The notes: a model not told the origin generated them from the sequence alone. Shown: positions 47,455 to 57,748, numbered from the stretch's first letter. The stretch: DNA of 64,000 nucleotides from an uncultured Gammaproteobacteria bacterium (GCA_964573235.1 CAZNIV010000001.1:3709-67708); one strand, 5' to 3'. Numbers and translations are program-made.

Positions 47455-48984
47455 TTAACGCAAAGTAAAGGTTTTTAGACTAACTTCAAAATCAGATAAC
47501 GCTTTAGTATATAATTTTTTATCTGTGCCTACATACTCAAAGCCAATTGTTATCCATCTATCTCCCGATCTTAAGTTATAATTAACTGAATAACCTAAGA
47601 CATTATTTTTATCACCTAAAAAAGTATAGCTTGTTTTCAGCCAATTATTTTTATTTAACTTATACTTCACAACTGAACTCAATTCTTTAATATTTAAACC
47701 AGTCAATCCTGCCATTTTATTAACCTGACCAACCCGCTGACGATAATATGTCTGATAGCCATTATTGTCTAAAGACTTAGTCGCCTCATTAACCGGCGAG
47801 ATATTTACTGTGGCTCTAAAATTAGAAAAACTAGGACTGGCCGCTAAAATCAAAATTGGGCTAGTTTTATCTTTTCGCCCTAAAATAGACCAATTCTTAC
47901 CAACTTTAAGATAAAAATTAGGGTTAATATTACTATACTGATTTACATAACTAATTGGCCGATTATCGTTACTAAAATTAATATCCTCTAACATTCCATT
48001 AATTGCAATAAGATCTTTATCTTCATAGCCATAATTATAAGCTAGGGCCACTAAATATTCTTGACGAGCAAAAAATCTAATTTTATTTTCTACCCCTGCT
48101 AAATAAAAAGCTACCTCTAAACCCTCTTGGCCACTGGCAGTAATAATTTTTTCTGTTTTAATAATTTCTACCTGACCCAAATTTGGTCCACTTTTAATAT
48201 AAGGAATGGCATCGGATAAAGTTGCCGTTCGCGCCATACGAATAAGCGAAACAGTTAAATTACCACCGCCGGCATTATTTTTTTTATCAATTAATACGCC
48301 ATTTTCACCTAAAATCTGAAACCGCCAAACATCCGACTTAGTTAATTCAAAATAAGGATAAAAACTAATGAAAGTGTTTGTACCCTGCAAAATCTTAGCT
48401 TTTTTAACTAATAATTCCACATTTCCCTGAAAAGACACCTTAATAGCTGGGTTATCTATACTATTAACCACCCATTCATTAATAACCGCTTTTTCATTTT
48501 TCCCCCAATTAGCCGTACTATTAATATTATCAATTGCCTTAGTAATTGGCATAAAATCATAAACTGAATCTGAACTAACATCAGTCACGTTATTAATTTT
48601 AAGTAGGGCCAATCCCATACCCTTATTAAAGGCGATCAAAGATCCGGTATAAGAACAATCTACATCTTTATTTGCCTCTTTCTGTAAGCAAATATGATAA
48701 CCAGTTTCCTCTCTAGATCCATCAAAAGCACTTTCTACTACCGCTGTATCATAATTAACCAAAACTACCCCCTTGGAATTAACAGTATAACCAGCTCCCT
48801 CTTTAATCTTTTGCACAAAATAATCCGGATCCACCACAAAAGTTTTTACTGTCGCGATAGCCTTGAAATTTTCAGCCAAAACCACGGGCGTGGAAGTAGT
48901 AGCGGCCATAGCTACATTAAAAACAGCTAGACTTAAACCAATAAGGCCTAAAAAGCTCAAAAAAATAGTAGTTTTTCTATTCAT
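47455..48984 (-). CDS. Secreted hypothetical protein (degenerate trypsin-like N-region, possible PsbP-like domains)
   Basis: Start revised to MNRKTT (signal peptide). GAGYTVNSKGVVLVNYD and GLALLKI resemble HtrA-type motifs. Confidence 0.65.
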   Translation of the reverse strand: MNRKTTIFLSFLGLIGLSLAVFNVAMAATTSTPVVLAENFKAIATVKTFVVDPDYFVQKIKEGAGYTVNSKGVVLVNYDTAVVESAFDGSREETGYHICLQKEANKDVDCSYTGSLIAFNKGMGLALLKINNVTDVSSDSVYDFMPITKAIDNINSTANWGKNEKAVINEWVVNSIDNPAIKVSFQGNVELLVKKAKILQGTNTFISFYPYFELTKSDVWRFQILGENGVLIDKKNNAGGGNLTVSLIRMARTATLSDAIPYIKSGPNLGQVEIIKTEKIITASGQEGLEVAFYLAGVENKIRFFARQEYLVALAYNYGYEDKDLIAINGMLEDINFSNDNRPISYVNQYSNINPNFYLKVGKNWSILGRKDKTSPILILAASPSFSNFRATVNISPVNEATKSLDNNGYQTYYRQRVGQVNKMAGLTGLNIKELSSVVKYKLNKNNWLKTSYTFLGDKNNVLGYSVNYNLRSGDRWITIGFEYVGTDKKLYTKALSDFEVSLKTFTLR

Positions 48985-49040
48985 ATTTGATAATAAAAAC
49001 TGTTTAATAAGCCAATTATAACACAAGCTGAGGTAAATAA

Positions 49041-49071
49041 AAAGTAGCCACTTAATTAAAATGGCTACTTT
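49041..49071 (-). terminator. Intrinsic terminator after the Cys-rich protein gene
   Basis: AAAGTAGCCA...TGGCTACTTT inverted repeat. Confidence 0.7.
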
Positions 49072-49097
49072 ATCTAAATGATTTTAACTATACAAGA

Positions 49098-52000
49098 TTA
49101 AAGTGATGGCGTTATTTTTAATTTTGTGGTTCTAGCTTCTAGGGTTGGCTTTAGTTGCACATAAAAATTATAATAGTTAGAAGTATAAACCTTATCATCT
49201 ATAGATATCTGGAATATACCATTGCAAGTCGTGGCACTACCATCGACAAAAACAAATTGATTTGAATCAATGGGCATTGAGAAGTTTTTAGAAAAAAATG
49301 GCTGCTGATCTTGTTTAATGGTTGGATTAGAATAACAAGTGAACTTATTATTATAATATGGCGCTAATTTGTCAAAAAATCTCTTTAATGTGAAATCAAC
49401 CGTATAAGATCCACTACCAATATCTGTGGCCGTCATTGAATCTACATCTAACATGTGACTTAATTCTAATGGAGCTGGGATAGTTTCACTCTCAATGTTT
49501 CCGTCAGTAGTAACTTTTTTAACGCTAACCTGGCAATTATCAGCAAGTAAATCAGACAATTTAACTCCATCAATGGTTATAACCTTAAACTGATAACCTT
49601 TTTTACCTCCAAGATCAACCCATTCTCCAAAATCATCTGGTCTATCGAGATTCATCTCTACGGGTAAATCATCCACAAAAAATGTCTGAGCAGAAACAGT
49701 TCTATCTTCTTCTTGGCTACCACATTTATAATGCGCCACTAAAGCATCTCCATTTTTAACATCACCTTTAACAAAAGCATAAATATCGAAAGGATTAGCT
49801 TCGTTACCAATCTTATTTGAGCTTATAGTACGGATACCATCACCTATTTTTAATTCCAAAGTGGCGGAGGAAATATGTATATAAAGGTTAGCAATAAAAT
49901 AGCTCTGGCAACCGTCTTGACGATAAGTAAATTGAAGTGTCTGATTTGCTTTTAGGTATATTCTCTTGTAAGGAATATTATAACCTAGATCAGTTGGAGG
50001 ATCAAACATATCTCCGCTGGTTAATTCTTTACCATCAACCAAATAAGAAAGACCTGAAATTGGGCGTGTATAAGGAAAATCTACGGCAATTTTTAAAGTG
50101 GTTTTATTAACAAAAGATTGAATGTCAAGCGTACTACTACAATAATAACTCCCGTTAGGAACTACTAACTTTTGAGTGTACTGCTCTTTATCTACAATAA
50201 AATCTTCTGTTACTAGCCTCTCACAGATACCATTATTATTCTTAAAATCTTTTGGACATATTACTGATTTACCGATAGTCACCCCTGTCGACTTGTCATT
50301 GAAACTTGTCAGATCAATACAAGTACCCTTTTTGGTAGCATCGTAAGTTGGTCCACCTGGTGAAAAAGATATAGTATAATCTTCTGGGAAATTAGAAGTT
50401 AATATAATCGAAGATAAGCCATAAAAACCAGTTGGAAATGATACGGTACTAGTGCCTTGTTTGTAATAATCAGTATAATATCCACTTTCATTTTTACAAC
50501 CGTAAGCATTATAGCCTTCGACTAGAGCCGTTTTATCGTAAGCCGTATAGGTAGTGCCGCTATTAGTTTGATCAGGGAATTTTGGAGTTCCAACACCCAA
50601 AGCATTGACAATACTACCAGAGAAAGAGTACCTCACCCCTCTAATTAAACCCTTTATAACCATCGGTTCACTACTAGTCGCTGAAAAATATATATCCTTT
50701 AAGCCATAGACTGGGTCATGAACATAAATAGTCTTTTTAGTCTTTGGATCGGTAGAAGTACTAACCCTATAAACAGAAACTAAATAACCAGTGATTGGCA
50801 AATTACCCGTATCAACACCTTGGGTATCAATAAAAATCTCTGCCCCACCCATAATATTGGTGACACTCTTTGGGGCGCTAGAAACAGAAGTTGTAATTGG
50901 AGTAATAGCCACTGATTTAGCGGAAGCTAGACTAGTACCGTAACCATTATTAACAGTCGCTGTGAAAGTATAAGCGACGCCCGGAAGAAAACCCGTAGGA
51001 AAAGTAACTGGGCTATAAGCACTGATGGCAATTAGTCTACCTTTATCGCTCTGGTCAATTGGAGTGGTTGGCTCGGCTATAACTGTATATTTAATTGGTG
51101 AAGCGCCACTCTTATTTTCGGGCATAAGAATATCAACCTGAACACCAGATGATGTGGCGAGAAAATAATTAGCAAAGGTTTTATAGCCATTTGCATAAGC
51201 GTGGGGTAAAACGGAACTTGGCGTAGCTGGTCCAACCGGGGGAATAACCTGAATTGATGAGGATTTAATACTGGTGCTTTGACCATTATAATTAGCCAAA
51301 GATACATTAAAGGTATAGTAAGCGCCTGGTTCGAATTTACTAGAAACAATAATGGGCGAGCCAACTTTAGAAGAGCCGCCACCAACAAGAGAAGAATTAG
51401 CAACACAGTCTGGACAATTCTTATAAGTACCCACCGACTGATACGCAACATAAGTGTTTGTCGTCTGGGTTTTGGCATTACGACAAACATCCACAGTAGA
51501 ATTGGTAGTACAACCAAGAATACTTCCTTTGTCTATAGGTTCAGTAAAGGTTAGTTTGATTTGGGGATTAGCAGTTTTATTTGGATATAGGTCACCACAA
51601 GTCCAAACATATGAAGGAGGTGTAATTCCAAGAGTAGCTTTTTCGCATTGAGTTGGATTTCTAACGGGCAATGAAACTGAAGCTAACAAATTAGTTGGGG
51701 GGTTGGGAGCAATCTTGGTATAGCACTTACCATCACCACCCGAAACACCAGGAGCACTACAAGCTGATGCTCCACAAGTTGGCGGATTATTCATACCATT
51801 AACACAAACACACGATGTACCCGATAATTTAGTACCAGAGGGACAAGTAGTTACGGAAGGAGGGGTACAAGTTGGCGGATTAGTGCCACCATTAGCGCAA
51901 ACGCAAGTATTATTGCTAGATAAAATAGTTTTTCCACTACAAACTGGCGTGGTTGACAAAGTACAAGTTGGTGGATTAGTCTTGCCATTAGCGCAAACAC

Positions 52001-52727
52001 AATTGGATCCTGAACGAATCGTACCAGAAGGACAAGTAGCTACTGGAGGGGTACAGGTTGGTGGATTAGTACCACCATTAGCGCAAACGCAAGTATTATT
52101 ACTAGACAGGATAGTTACACCACCACAAACTGGCGTAGTTGGCAAAGTGCAAGTTGGTGGATTGGTTTTACCATTAGCGCAAACACAGGCATTACCTGAC
52201 AAATAAGTTCCCGCAGCGCAAGCCATAGGGGGAGTACATGTAGGGTAATTCTTTCCACCATTAGAACAAACGCAACTATTAGATGCAGTAGAAAAGAAGC
52301 CAACAGAAGCACAAGGCGCTACTGGCAAGGTACAGGTTGGTGGGTTAGTTTTACCATTAGAACAAACGCAAAAACCATTAGATAAAAAAGTGCCGACAGC
52401 ACAAGTTTTTGGAGTGGAGCAAATCGGATAATCGTTAGCACTATTAATACAAACACATTGATTGTTAACAATTTTAGCATTGGCTGGGCAAATAATACCA
52501 TTACCTACCGACGGAACAATGCTACACGTTGGGTAATTAGTCGCTCCGTTTGAACAAGCACATGTACCATTAACCACTTTAGCTGTCGCTGGACAAACGA
52601 CCTGAGTTGAAACCGAACTAATAGCCGCAAAGGCCAATCCCCCAGTCACTGCCAAGGCTAGGGTTAAAACAATCGCTTTTGTACTAATTTTTGTTAAAAT
52701 CCCAACTGACATTTGCGTTTTTGTCAT
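49098..52727 (-). CDS. Large secreted protein with 9 four-Cys repeats and about 3 fibronectin type III domains
   Basis: Signal/TM segment; CVCxNGxxNPPTC repeats; FN3-like ends PGAYYTFNVSLANYNG, PGVAYTFTATVNNGYG, RGVRYSFSGSIVNALG. Confidence 0.8.
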   Translation of the reverse strand: MTKTQMSVGILTKISTKAIVLTLALAVTGGLAFAAISSVSTQVVCPATAKVVNGTCACSNGATNYPTCSIVPSVGNGIICPANAKIVNNQCVCINSANDYPICSTPKTCAVGTFLSNGFCVCSNGKTNPPTCTLPVAPCASVGFFSTASNSCVCSNGGKNYPTCTPPMACAAGTYLSGNACVCANGKTNPPTCTLPTTPVCGGVTILSSNNTCVCANGGTNPPTCTPPVATCPSGTIRSGSNCVCANGKTNPPTCTLSTTPVCSGKTILSSNNTCVCANGGTNPPTCTPPSVTTCPSGTKLSGTSCVCVNGMNNPPTCGASACSAPGVSGGDGKCYTKIAPNPPTNLLASVSLPVRNPTQCEKATLGITPPSYVWTCGDLYPNKTANPQIKLTFTEPIDKGSILGCTTNSTVDVCRNAKTQTTNTYVAYQSVGTYKNCPDCVANSSLVGGGSSKVGSPIIVSSKFEPGAYYTFNVSLANYNGQSTSIKSSSIQVIPPVGPATPSSVLPHAYANGYKTFANYFLATSSGVQVDILMPENKSGASPIKYTVIAEPTTPIDQSDKGRLIAISAYSPVTFPTGFLPGVAYTFTATVNNGYGTSLASAKSVAITPITTSVSSAPKSVTNIMGGAEIFIDTQGVDTGNLPITGYLVSVYRVSTSTDPKTKKTIYVHDPVYGLKDIYFSATSSEPMVIKGLIRGVRYSFSGSIVNALGVGTPKFPDQTNSGTTYTAYDKTALVEGYNAYGCKNESGYYTDYYKQGTSTVSFPTGFYGLSSIILTSNFPEDYTISFSPGGPTYDATKKGTCIDLTSFNDKSTGVTIGKSVICPKDFKNNNGICERLVTEDFIVDKEQYTQKLVVPNGSYYCSSTLDIQSFVNKTTLKIAVDFPYTRPISGLSYLVDGKELTSGDMFDPPTDLGYNIPYKRIYLKANQTLQFTYRQDGCQSYFIANLYIHISSATLELKIGDGIRTISSNKIGNEANPFDIYAFVKGDVKNGDALVAHYKCGSQEEDRTVSAQTFFVDDLPVEMNLDRPDDFGEWVDLGGKKGYQFKVITIDGVKLSDLLADNCQVSVKKVTTDGNIESETIPAPLELSHMLDVDSMTATDIGSGSYTVDFTLKRFFDKLAPYYNNKFTCYSNPTIKQDQQPFFSKNFSMPIDSNQFVFVDGSATTCNGIFQISIDDKVYTSNYYNFYVQLKPTLEARTTKLKITPSL
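51774..52595 (-). repeat. Intragenic tandem repeats (9 units of about 90-100 bp)
   Basis: Near-identical DNA blocks, e.g. ccaccattagcgcaaacgcaagtattatt near 51886 and 52072. Confidence 0.9.
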
Positions 52728-52766
52728 ATTAATTATATTCGAAGATTAAACTAAATAATTTATAAA

Positions 52767-53867
52767 TTAAACCCATTCCTTAATCACCTTCTCAACATCA
52801 CCAGAATCTACGGTTACCACTCCAGTACTACTTAAATCTTTTTCTATTCTCTCACGGATTTCTATTAGCTTTATTTTTTCTTTTTCTGACTTACATGCCA
52901 ATATTTCCTGATCTTTTTGTTGAATTTTTTTCCACAAATCTTTAACCTCCAAATGGGCTGAGGCTGCCACCTGATAAAGAACACTAGGAAGTGCTGGGTG
53001 TAAATGCGCCACCTTAACCATAGCTGCCGCCTCGTCTAAAGCATCCAAAGCCTTATCTGGTAGCTTTCTATTCTTAATCATTTTTTCGGTTAATTTAACG
53101 GCCATTTCTAGAGCCGAATCGGTAAACTCAACCTTATGATATTCTCTATATTTATTCTTAACCCCCTTAAGAATTGTCATGGTTTCTTTGATTGTTGGCT
53201 CTCTTACTTCAATTAATTGAAAACGGCGCTCTAACCCAAGATCGGTTTTAAAATATTTTTCATATTCTTCAAAGGTAGTAGCACCAATCATTTGTAAGTC
53301 ACCACGCGCTAAGGCCGGCTTTAAAATATCAGATAAATTAATCGATCCCTCTGATCCCTGTGATTGAATTAAAGAATGTACCTCATCCACAAATAAAATA
53401 ATTGATCGATTAGAGTTGACTATCTCTTGAACAATCTTTTTAGCTCTCTGTTCAAATTCACCACGATACTTAGTGCCCGACATTAAAGTAGCCACATCTA
53501 AGGCCAAGACTCGCTTACCCAATAATGCCTCAGGCACATCGCCACGAGCAATACGCTGAGCAAAGCCTTCCACGATAGCGGTTTTACCCACACCAGGGGC
53601 ACCAATTAAAATAGCGTTATTTTTTTCTCGGCGCGATAAAATCTGAGTCAATTTACGAACTTCTTCTTCTCGTCCGATAACCGGATCTATTCGGCCTTTT
53701 TCAGCAAGGTCTGTAAAATTACTAGAATACTGATCAAGAAATGGCGAGCGAGAACCATGGTAATTAGCAGGCATTGCCATAATGCCACCACTATTGCGTT
53801 TTACTAAAAAATATATTACCGCCGCCGCCACTACAATTAAAGCGAATAGATACTGTGAAGTAAACAT
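52767..53867 (-). CDS. Membrane-anchored single-domain Clp/Hsp100 ATPase (ClpA/B/C NBD1 only)
   Basis: N-terminal TM; IDPVIGREEE, GAPGVGKT, KYRGEFE, FVDEVH, KPALARG, GATT, LERRFQ, LPDKA; ends at VIKEWV. Confidence 0.88.
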   Translation of the reverse strand: MFTSQYLFALIVVAAAVIYFLVKRNSGGIMAMPANYHGSRSPFLDQYSSNFTDLAEKGRIDPVIGREEEVRKLTQILSRREKNNAILIGAPGVGKTAIVEGFAQRIARGDVPEALLGKRVLALDVATLMSGTKYRGEFEQRAKKIVQEIVNSNRSIILFVDEVHSLIQSQGSEGSINLSDILKPALARGDLQMIGATTFEEYEKYFKTDLGLERRFQLIEVREPTIKETMTILKGVKNKYREYHKVEFTDSALEMAVKLTEKMIKNRKLPDKALDALDEAAAMVKVAHLHPALPSVLYQVAASAHLEVKDLWKKIQQKDQEILACKSEKEKIKLIEIRERIEKDLSSTGVVTVDSGDVEKVIKEWV

Positions 53868-53925
53868 AAAAAATAAATTTAAATTTAACCTTATTATACT
53901 ATTTTTGATTAATTATGACAAATTT

Positions 53926-53959
53926 AATAAGGCTCTTACTATTTAGTTAGAGCCTTATT
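53926..53959 (-). terminator. Intrinsic terminator after the beta-propeller protein gene
   Basis: AATAAGGCTCT...AGAGCCTTATT inverted repeat. Confidence 0.7.
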
Positions 53960-53980
53960 TTTATCAAAACTTAAAGTTAT

Positions 53981-56900
53981 TTACTCCTTAGCATAATCCC
54001 CTTCAAACGAATTTTGAACCGTAATTATTTTAGTGGCATATTTTGTACCAAAAAGGGCTTTAGCCTCGTTGGCGTCAACTAATTTTAATTTTCCCATAGA
54101 AACAACTTTATACATTCTTGGGCTATTACTAAATTTAATTAAATTAGCACCTGGCTTAGCTGTTACATTGTCAGCAATTTCAATATTATCAAATTCACTT
54201 TGAGAAATTACTTTTAACTTATTATTAGCAGTAAGTTTTGACCAAGAAGCCGATTCCCAAGTTCTAAAAGTTACCAAGTTAGGGTAAAGATGCTTTTTTA
54301 AATCAGCATCGATGTAATAAATAGCACTGCTATCGGTAGTCTTAATGTAATCACGAAAAACCGGGGTATAAACGGTAATACTACCATCGGCATTAATAAT
54401 AGATGAATCAATATCATCTACAACGCCTTGAGTGGTGGTGGCATTATCAATATTTTCTTGATCTTTTAGAGTAATTGTCTTACTTAATACCAAAGAAGCA
54501 ATACCACTAGTGGAATAATATTTTAAATAAATTGTATATTGACCATTAATTTGAGGTAAGGCGAAAGAAATCTTTGACTTATGCGGCAAAACGCTAACAT
54601 TAGTAAAATTACTATTTAACGAAATAGCATAGCCACTAACAGTTGCTGGATCACCATTCATGGTAATATCTAATACTGAAGAATTGGTTGAGGTGGCCCC
54701 ATTATTAACCAACAAAGATAATGGCACCCCGTAAAGACCAGTTGGGGTAACGGAAGCTGAGCCACCTCCACCACCTCCGCCTCCGCCGCCAGTATCACTA
54801 GTAATATTCATCAATCCACAATTCAAATGCATCGATAAAGAACCGGAAGTTACTGTTACACTCGCCGTCTTAGCTCCAGAAGATGAATAATCTTTATTTA
54901 TCGTAGCTACTGTTCCCGCTAAGCCGTCGGTACCTGTCCAAAAATAAGTAAAAATACCATTTCCTCCAGAAGCTTGAACTGACCAATTTACTCTAGTTCC
55001 CGTAATTGCAGAAGTGGTATTAGGACTACAAGAAGCAGTGACATTGGGAGTAATTACTGTGATACCAGGAATCTTATATCTAGAAATAGTTCCTTTAAGG
55101 AAATAATAAATATAAACATCACTTATATCAAAGCCACCGTTAATTGTGCCTTCGCCAATAACCTTAATAGAATAACTATTATTTCTTGGATCTATCGCAA
55201 ACACACCATTACTTGCCAATCCCCAAATTCTACCGTCTGGACCAACTTTCAAAGCACTATCGGGTGCACCCCTTAATACAGGGATATTATTCAAAAAAGT
55301 TATTTCATGAGTAGCTGGATCAAATTGGAATATTTTTGTATAAAAACCACCCATTTCAACAGCGGTTCCGTAAACCTTTCCATCTGGCGTAGTAACTAAA
55401 CTTTTAATTTCTGAAGTATTACTAAGTTCAGATGATGTATAGGATATGGCTTTAGCAATTGGATCCCAAATAAATATTTTAGCGGAAGTGTTTGGAGTAG
55501 CAGTAGACCCTTCACCACCCCTAATACTAGTGCCTCCGATAATCTTTCCATTCCAATTAGTTAGTGAAATCACCGCTTGATTAGAAATTATGTTTTCGTA
55601 AACAGTAATCTCCTTAGTGTCTGGGTTCCATACAGAAAAGGTCCCTCCCAGTTTACCATAACCACCAACAGCACCAATATATACTAAGCCATCATCACCA
55701 TAAACCATGCCTCTCGGCCTCCAAGCAATGGGAATATTTGTACCCTGATCAGACTTAAGGCCCGGCGCCGGATTTAATAAAGGCGAAGATAAATTTGTAT
55801 TTACCGCCTTACTTGTATCAAATATCAATAAACGCCCGCCGAAATAACTAGCCCCCAATAATGAAGATTCCCCGTAAAGTAGATATGAATATATTTGACC
55901 AAAATTAGAATTGCCAACTTCTATAATCTGTTTAGTATCGGGATCTACCTTGAAAAAAAACCCAGAAACATATGTGCCAGAATACAATTTTTTATCTTGC
56001 CCCACTATCAACCTCTGTAACATAACCTCTTTTGTAGGCCTTTCTTTTTCAAAACTAACTGAAATAACTTTATTCTCGACTGTACTATAATATCCAATCT
56101 CAGATTTTATATTGTCTATCCCCAAATATTTTCCATTATAAATTCTACCAGCAGAACTGGTTTTAAAATCTGCAAAAGCTATTTCAGTGGCTACACCATC
56201 TTTCAAGCTAAAATATTTTTTTGTTGCACTCCCATTAGTAAGTATTTCTATTTGAGCAGCCACCCCACCATCAGAGGTTATTCCTCCATCTTTAGAAGTC
56301 TGATAAACACGACCAAATTGTTCATTCACGGTTGCGGGATAATCAAGAATTGTTCTATAAGTACCATCAGCAATTTTATATGCCACTACTTTTTGTCTAG
56401 TTGAACCTACGCCAGCATAAACATATCCATCTTTTCCGGCCGCGATAAAATGAACATAACTCTCGGTCGGCTCAATTCTACCAATATCAGTAATTTTTGA
56501 AGTTACTGGATCGTAACTAAAAAGCTTGGCATTAGGATAACTGCCACCATACAATTTTCCATCGCTACCCCAAGCTAACCCATATATCCAGGTTGTCGTA
56601 GCTGTATCTACCGCTCCGAGATCATCAATCGTTTCTTTATTTGCATCTAAATTTGTATTTATTCTAAGTAAATGACCGGTTGGATATCCACCCAAATATA
56701 TATTATTATCTGGCCCGATTATCATTCCATTATCTCCCTGATCAGTAAAAGCTTCTGATTGAAAATGTTTTTCTATTTTACCGGTAATATTATTAACCCT
56801 AATAACCGATGTTTTATTATGCGCATAGCCTATACTAATATAGGTACTATCATTTAAAACGACGTAATTTAAAACCAGGCCATTACCTGTATATGTCGCA

Positions 56901-57622
56901 ATTTTTTCTACCGTGCCCTCTGCGGCGTCTGGTAAGCTACCATCTTCATTATTATAACAAATACCATTACTACTAATTACATCAATGGCACTATCACAAC
57001 ACTTAGGAGTACAACCCACACTACTACATTGAGTAATATAATATTCACCAGAATCATCGCCACAACAACCCGACTGACCAAGGCTAGTATATTCACCAAA
57101 GGCCATATTTTCTCCGCTCAAAACACCACCACCTTCTTTTCCACAAACAGCAGGCGAACTACAATAAGCACTTGACCAACGATCGCAATCCAGCCAAGTT
57201 CCACCGGTACCACCACCATACTGCCAACAGAAAGCCTTGTTATCATTTCCTCCAGGATTCAAATCAGAATACATTCCTAATTTATTGACATTATTCCCTG
57301 AAGCAAAACATTTTCCATTTTTATCTACGCAATCACTTGAATTAGAACAACAAGACTGAACCGTACCATTAGCCCACTCTACCCCCGGAATATAACTTAC
57401 AGCTATTGATGATTTTAAAAATGGGTTAGAGCTATTTGCCTCACACACGGACTGGGCATAGGCAGGATATCCTTTTATTACTTCGGATATTAACTGGCGA
57501 GGTGCTTGAAATTTAAAGAAAAGGCCACTGGCAATAATTAAAATACTAAAAAATAAAACGCCACTTAAAATAAATTTTCTACTTATCTTGTAAGTTATTT
57601 CTTTAAATTTTGAGTAAAGCAT
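53981..57622 (-). CDS. Large secreted multidomain protein (Cys-rich N-domain, beta-propellers, PKD-like domain, poly-Gly linker, C-terminal surface module)
   Basis: N-terminal TM/signal; repeated G.DG..Y.G and F.YDP.T blades; YFWTG.DG..G......Y...G.KT PKD pattern; G10 run. Confidence 0.8.
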   Translation of the reverse strand: MLYSKFKEITYKISRKFILSGVLFFSILIIASGLFFKFQAPRQLISEVIKGYPAYAQSVCEANSSNPFLKSSIAVSYIPGVEWANGTVQSCCSNSSDCVDKNGKCFASGNNVNKLGMYSDLNPGGNDNKAFCWQYGGGTGGTWLDCDRWSSAYCSSPAVCGKEGGGVLSGENMAFGEYTSLGQSGCCGDDSGEYYITQCSSVGCTPKCCDSAIDVISSNGICYNNEDGSLPDAAEGTVEKIATYTGNGLVLNYVVLNDSTYISIGYAHNKTSVIRVNNITGKIEKHFQSEAFTDQGDNGMIIGPDNNIYLGGYPTGHLLRINTNLDANKETIDDLGAVDTATTTWIYGLAWGSDGKLYGGSYPNAKLFSYDPVTSKITDIGRIEPTESYVHFIAAGKDGYVYAGVGSTRQKVVAYKIADGTYRTILDYPATVNEQFGRVYQTSKDGGITSDGGVAAQIEILTNGSATKKYFSLKDGVATEIAFADFKTSSAGRIYNGKYLGIDNIKSEIGYYSTVENKVISVSFEKERPTKEVMLQRLIVGQDKKLYSGTYVSGFFFKVDPDTKQIIEVGNSNFGQIYSYLLYGESSLLGASYFGGRLLIFDTSKAVNTNLSSPLLNPAPGLKSDQGTNIPIAWRPRGMVYGDDGLVYIGAVGGYGKLGGTFSVWNPDTKEITVYENIISNQAVISLTNWNGKIIGGTSIRGGEGSTATPNTSAKIFIWDPIAKAISYTSSELSNTSEIKSLVTTPDGKVYGTAVEMGGFYTKIFQFDPATHEITFLNNIPVLRGAPDSALKVGPDGRIWGLASNGVFAIDPRNNSYSIKVIGEGTINGGFDISDVYIYYFLKGTISRYKIPGITVITPNVTASCSPNTTSAITGTRVNWSVQASGGNGIFTYFWTGTDGLAGTVATINKDYSSSGAKTASVTVTSGSLSMHLNCGLMNITSDTGGGGGGGGGGSASVTPTGLYGVPLSLLVNNGATSTNSSVLDITMNGDPATVSGYAISLNSNFTNVSVLPHKSKISFALPQINGQYTIYLKYYSTSGIASLVLSKTITLKDQENIDNATTTQGVVDDIDSSIINADGSITVYTPVFRDYIKTTDSSAIYYIDADLKKHLYPNLVTFRTWESASWSKLTANNKLKVISQSEFDNIEIADNVTAKPGANLIKFSNSPRMYKVVSMGKLKLVDANEAKALFGTKYATKIITVQNSFEGDYAKE

Positions 57623-57748
57623 GAAATTAATTGGTTTTTATAAAAACTATGTTTATATATTTTACCATATTTTTGTGATTATGATAATAATTTACTTATA
57701 ATTATCGCCTTGTTTTATTGATTATTTTATTTTCTTTTTTTGTTTAAA

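Noticed and set aside
48985-49026. ORF-track N-terminus MCYNWLIKQ...
   Set aside because: CYN is the translation of the TGTTATAAT promoter element; the signal peptide starts at MNRKTT (48984). Over-extended starts were also trimmed for pgk, hypA, SPFH, the 7755 ORF and the 57787 ORF.
51774-52595. CRISPR array or DGR template/variable repeats
   Set aside because: Repeats are in frame and differ largely at synonymous positions; no unique spacers, cas genes or reverse transcriptase nearby.
52767-53867. clpB/clpC pseudogene
   Set aside because: No NBD2 remnant downstream, intact motifs, domain-boundary end and an N-terminal TM favour a distinct architecture; not fully excluded.
54760-54792. C-rich tract (G-rich on the minus strand)
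   Set aside because: Encodes a ten-glycine linker with mixed codons; not a phase-variation tract.
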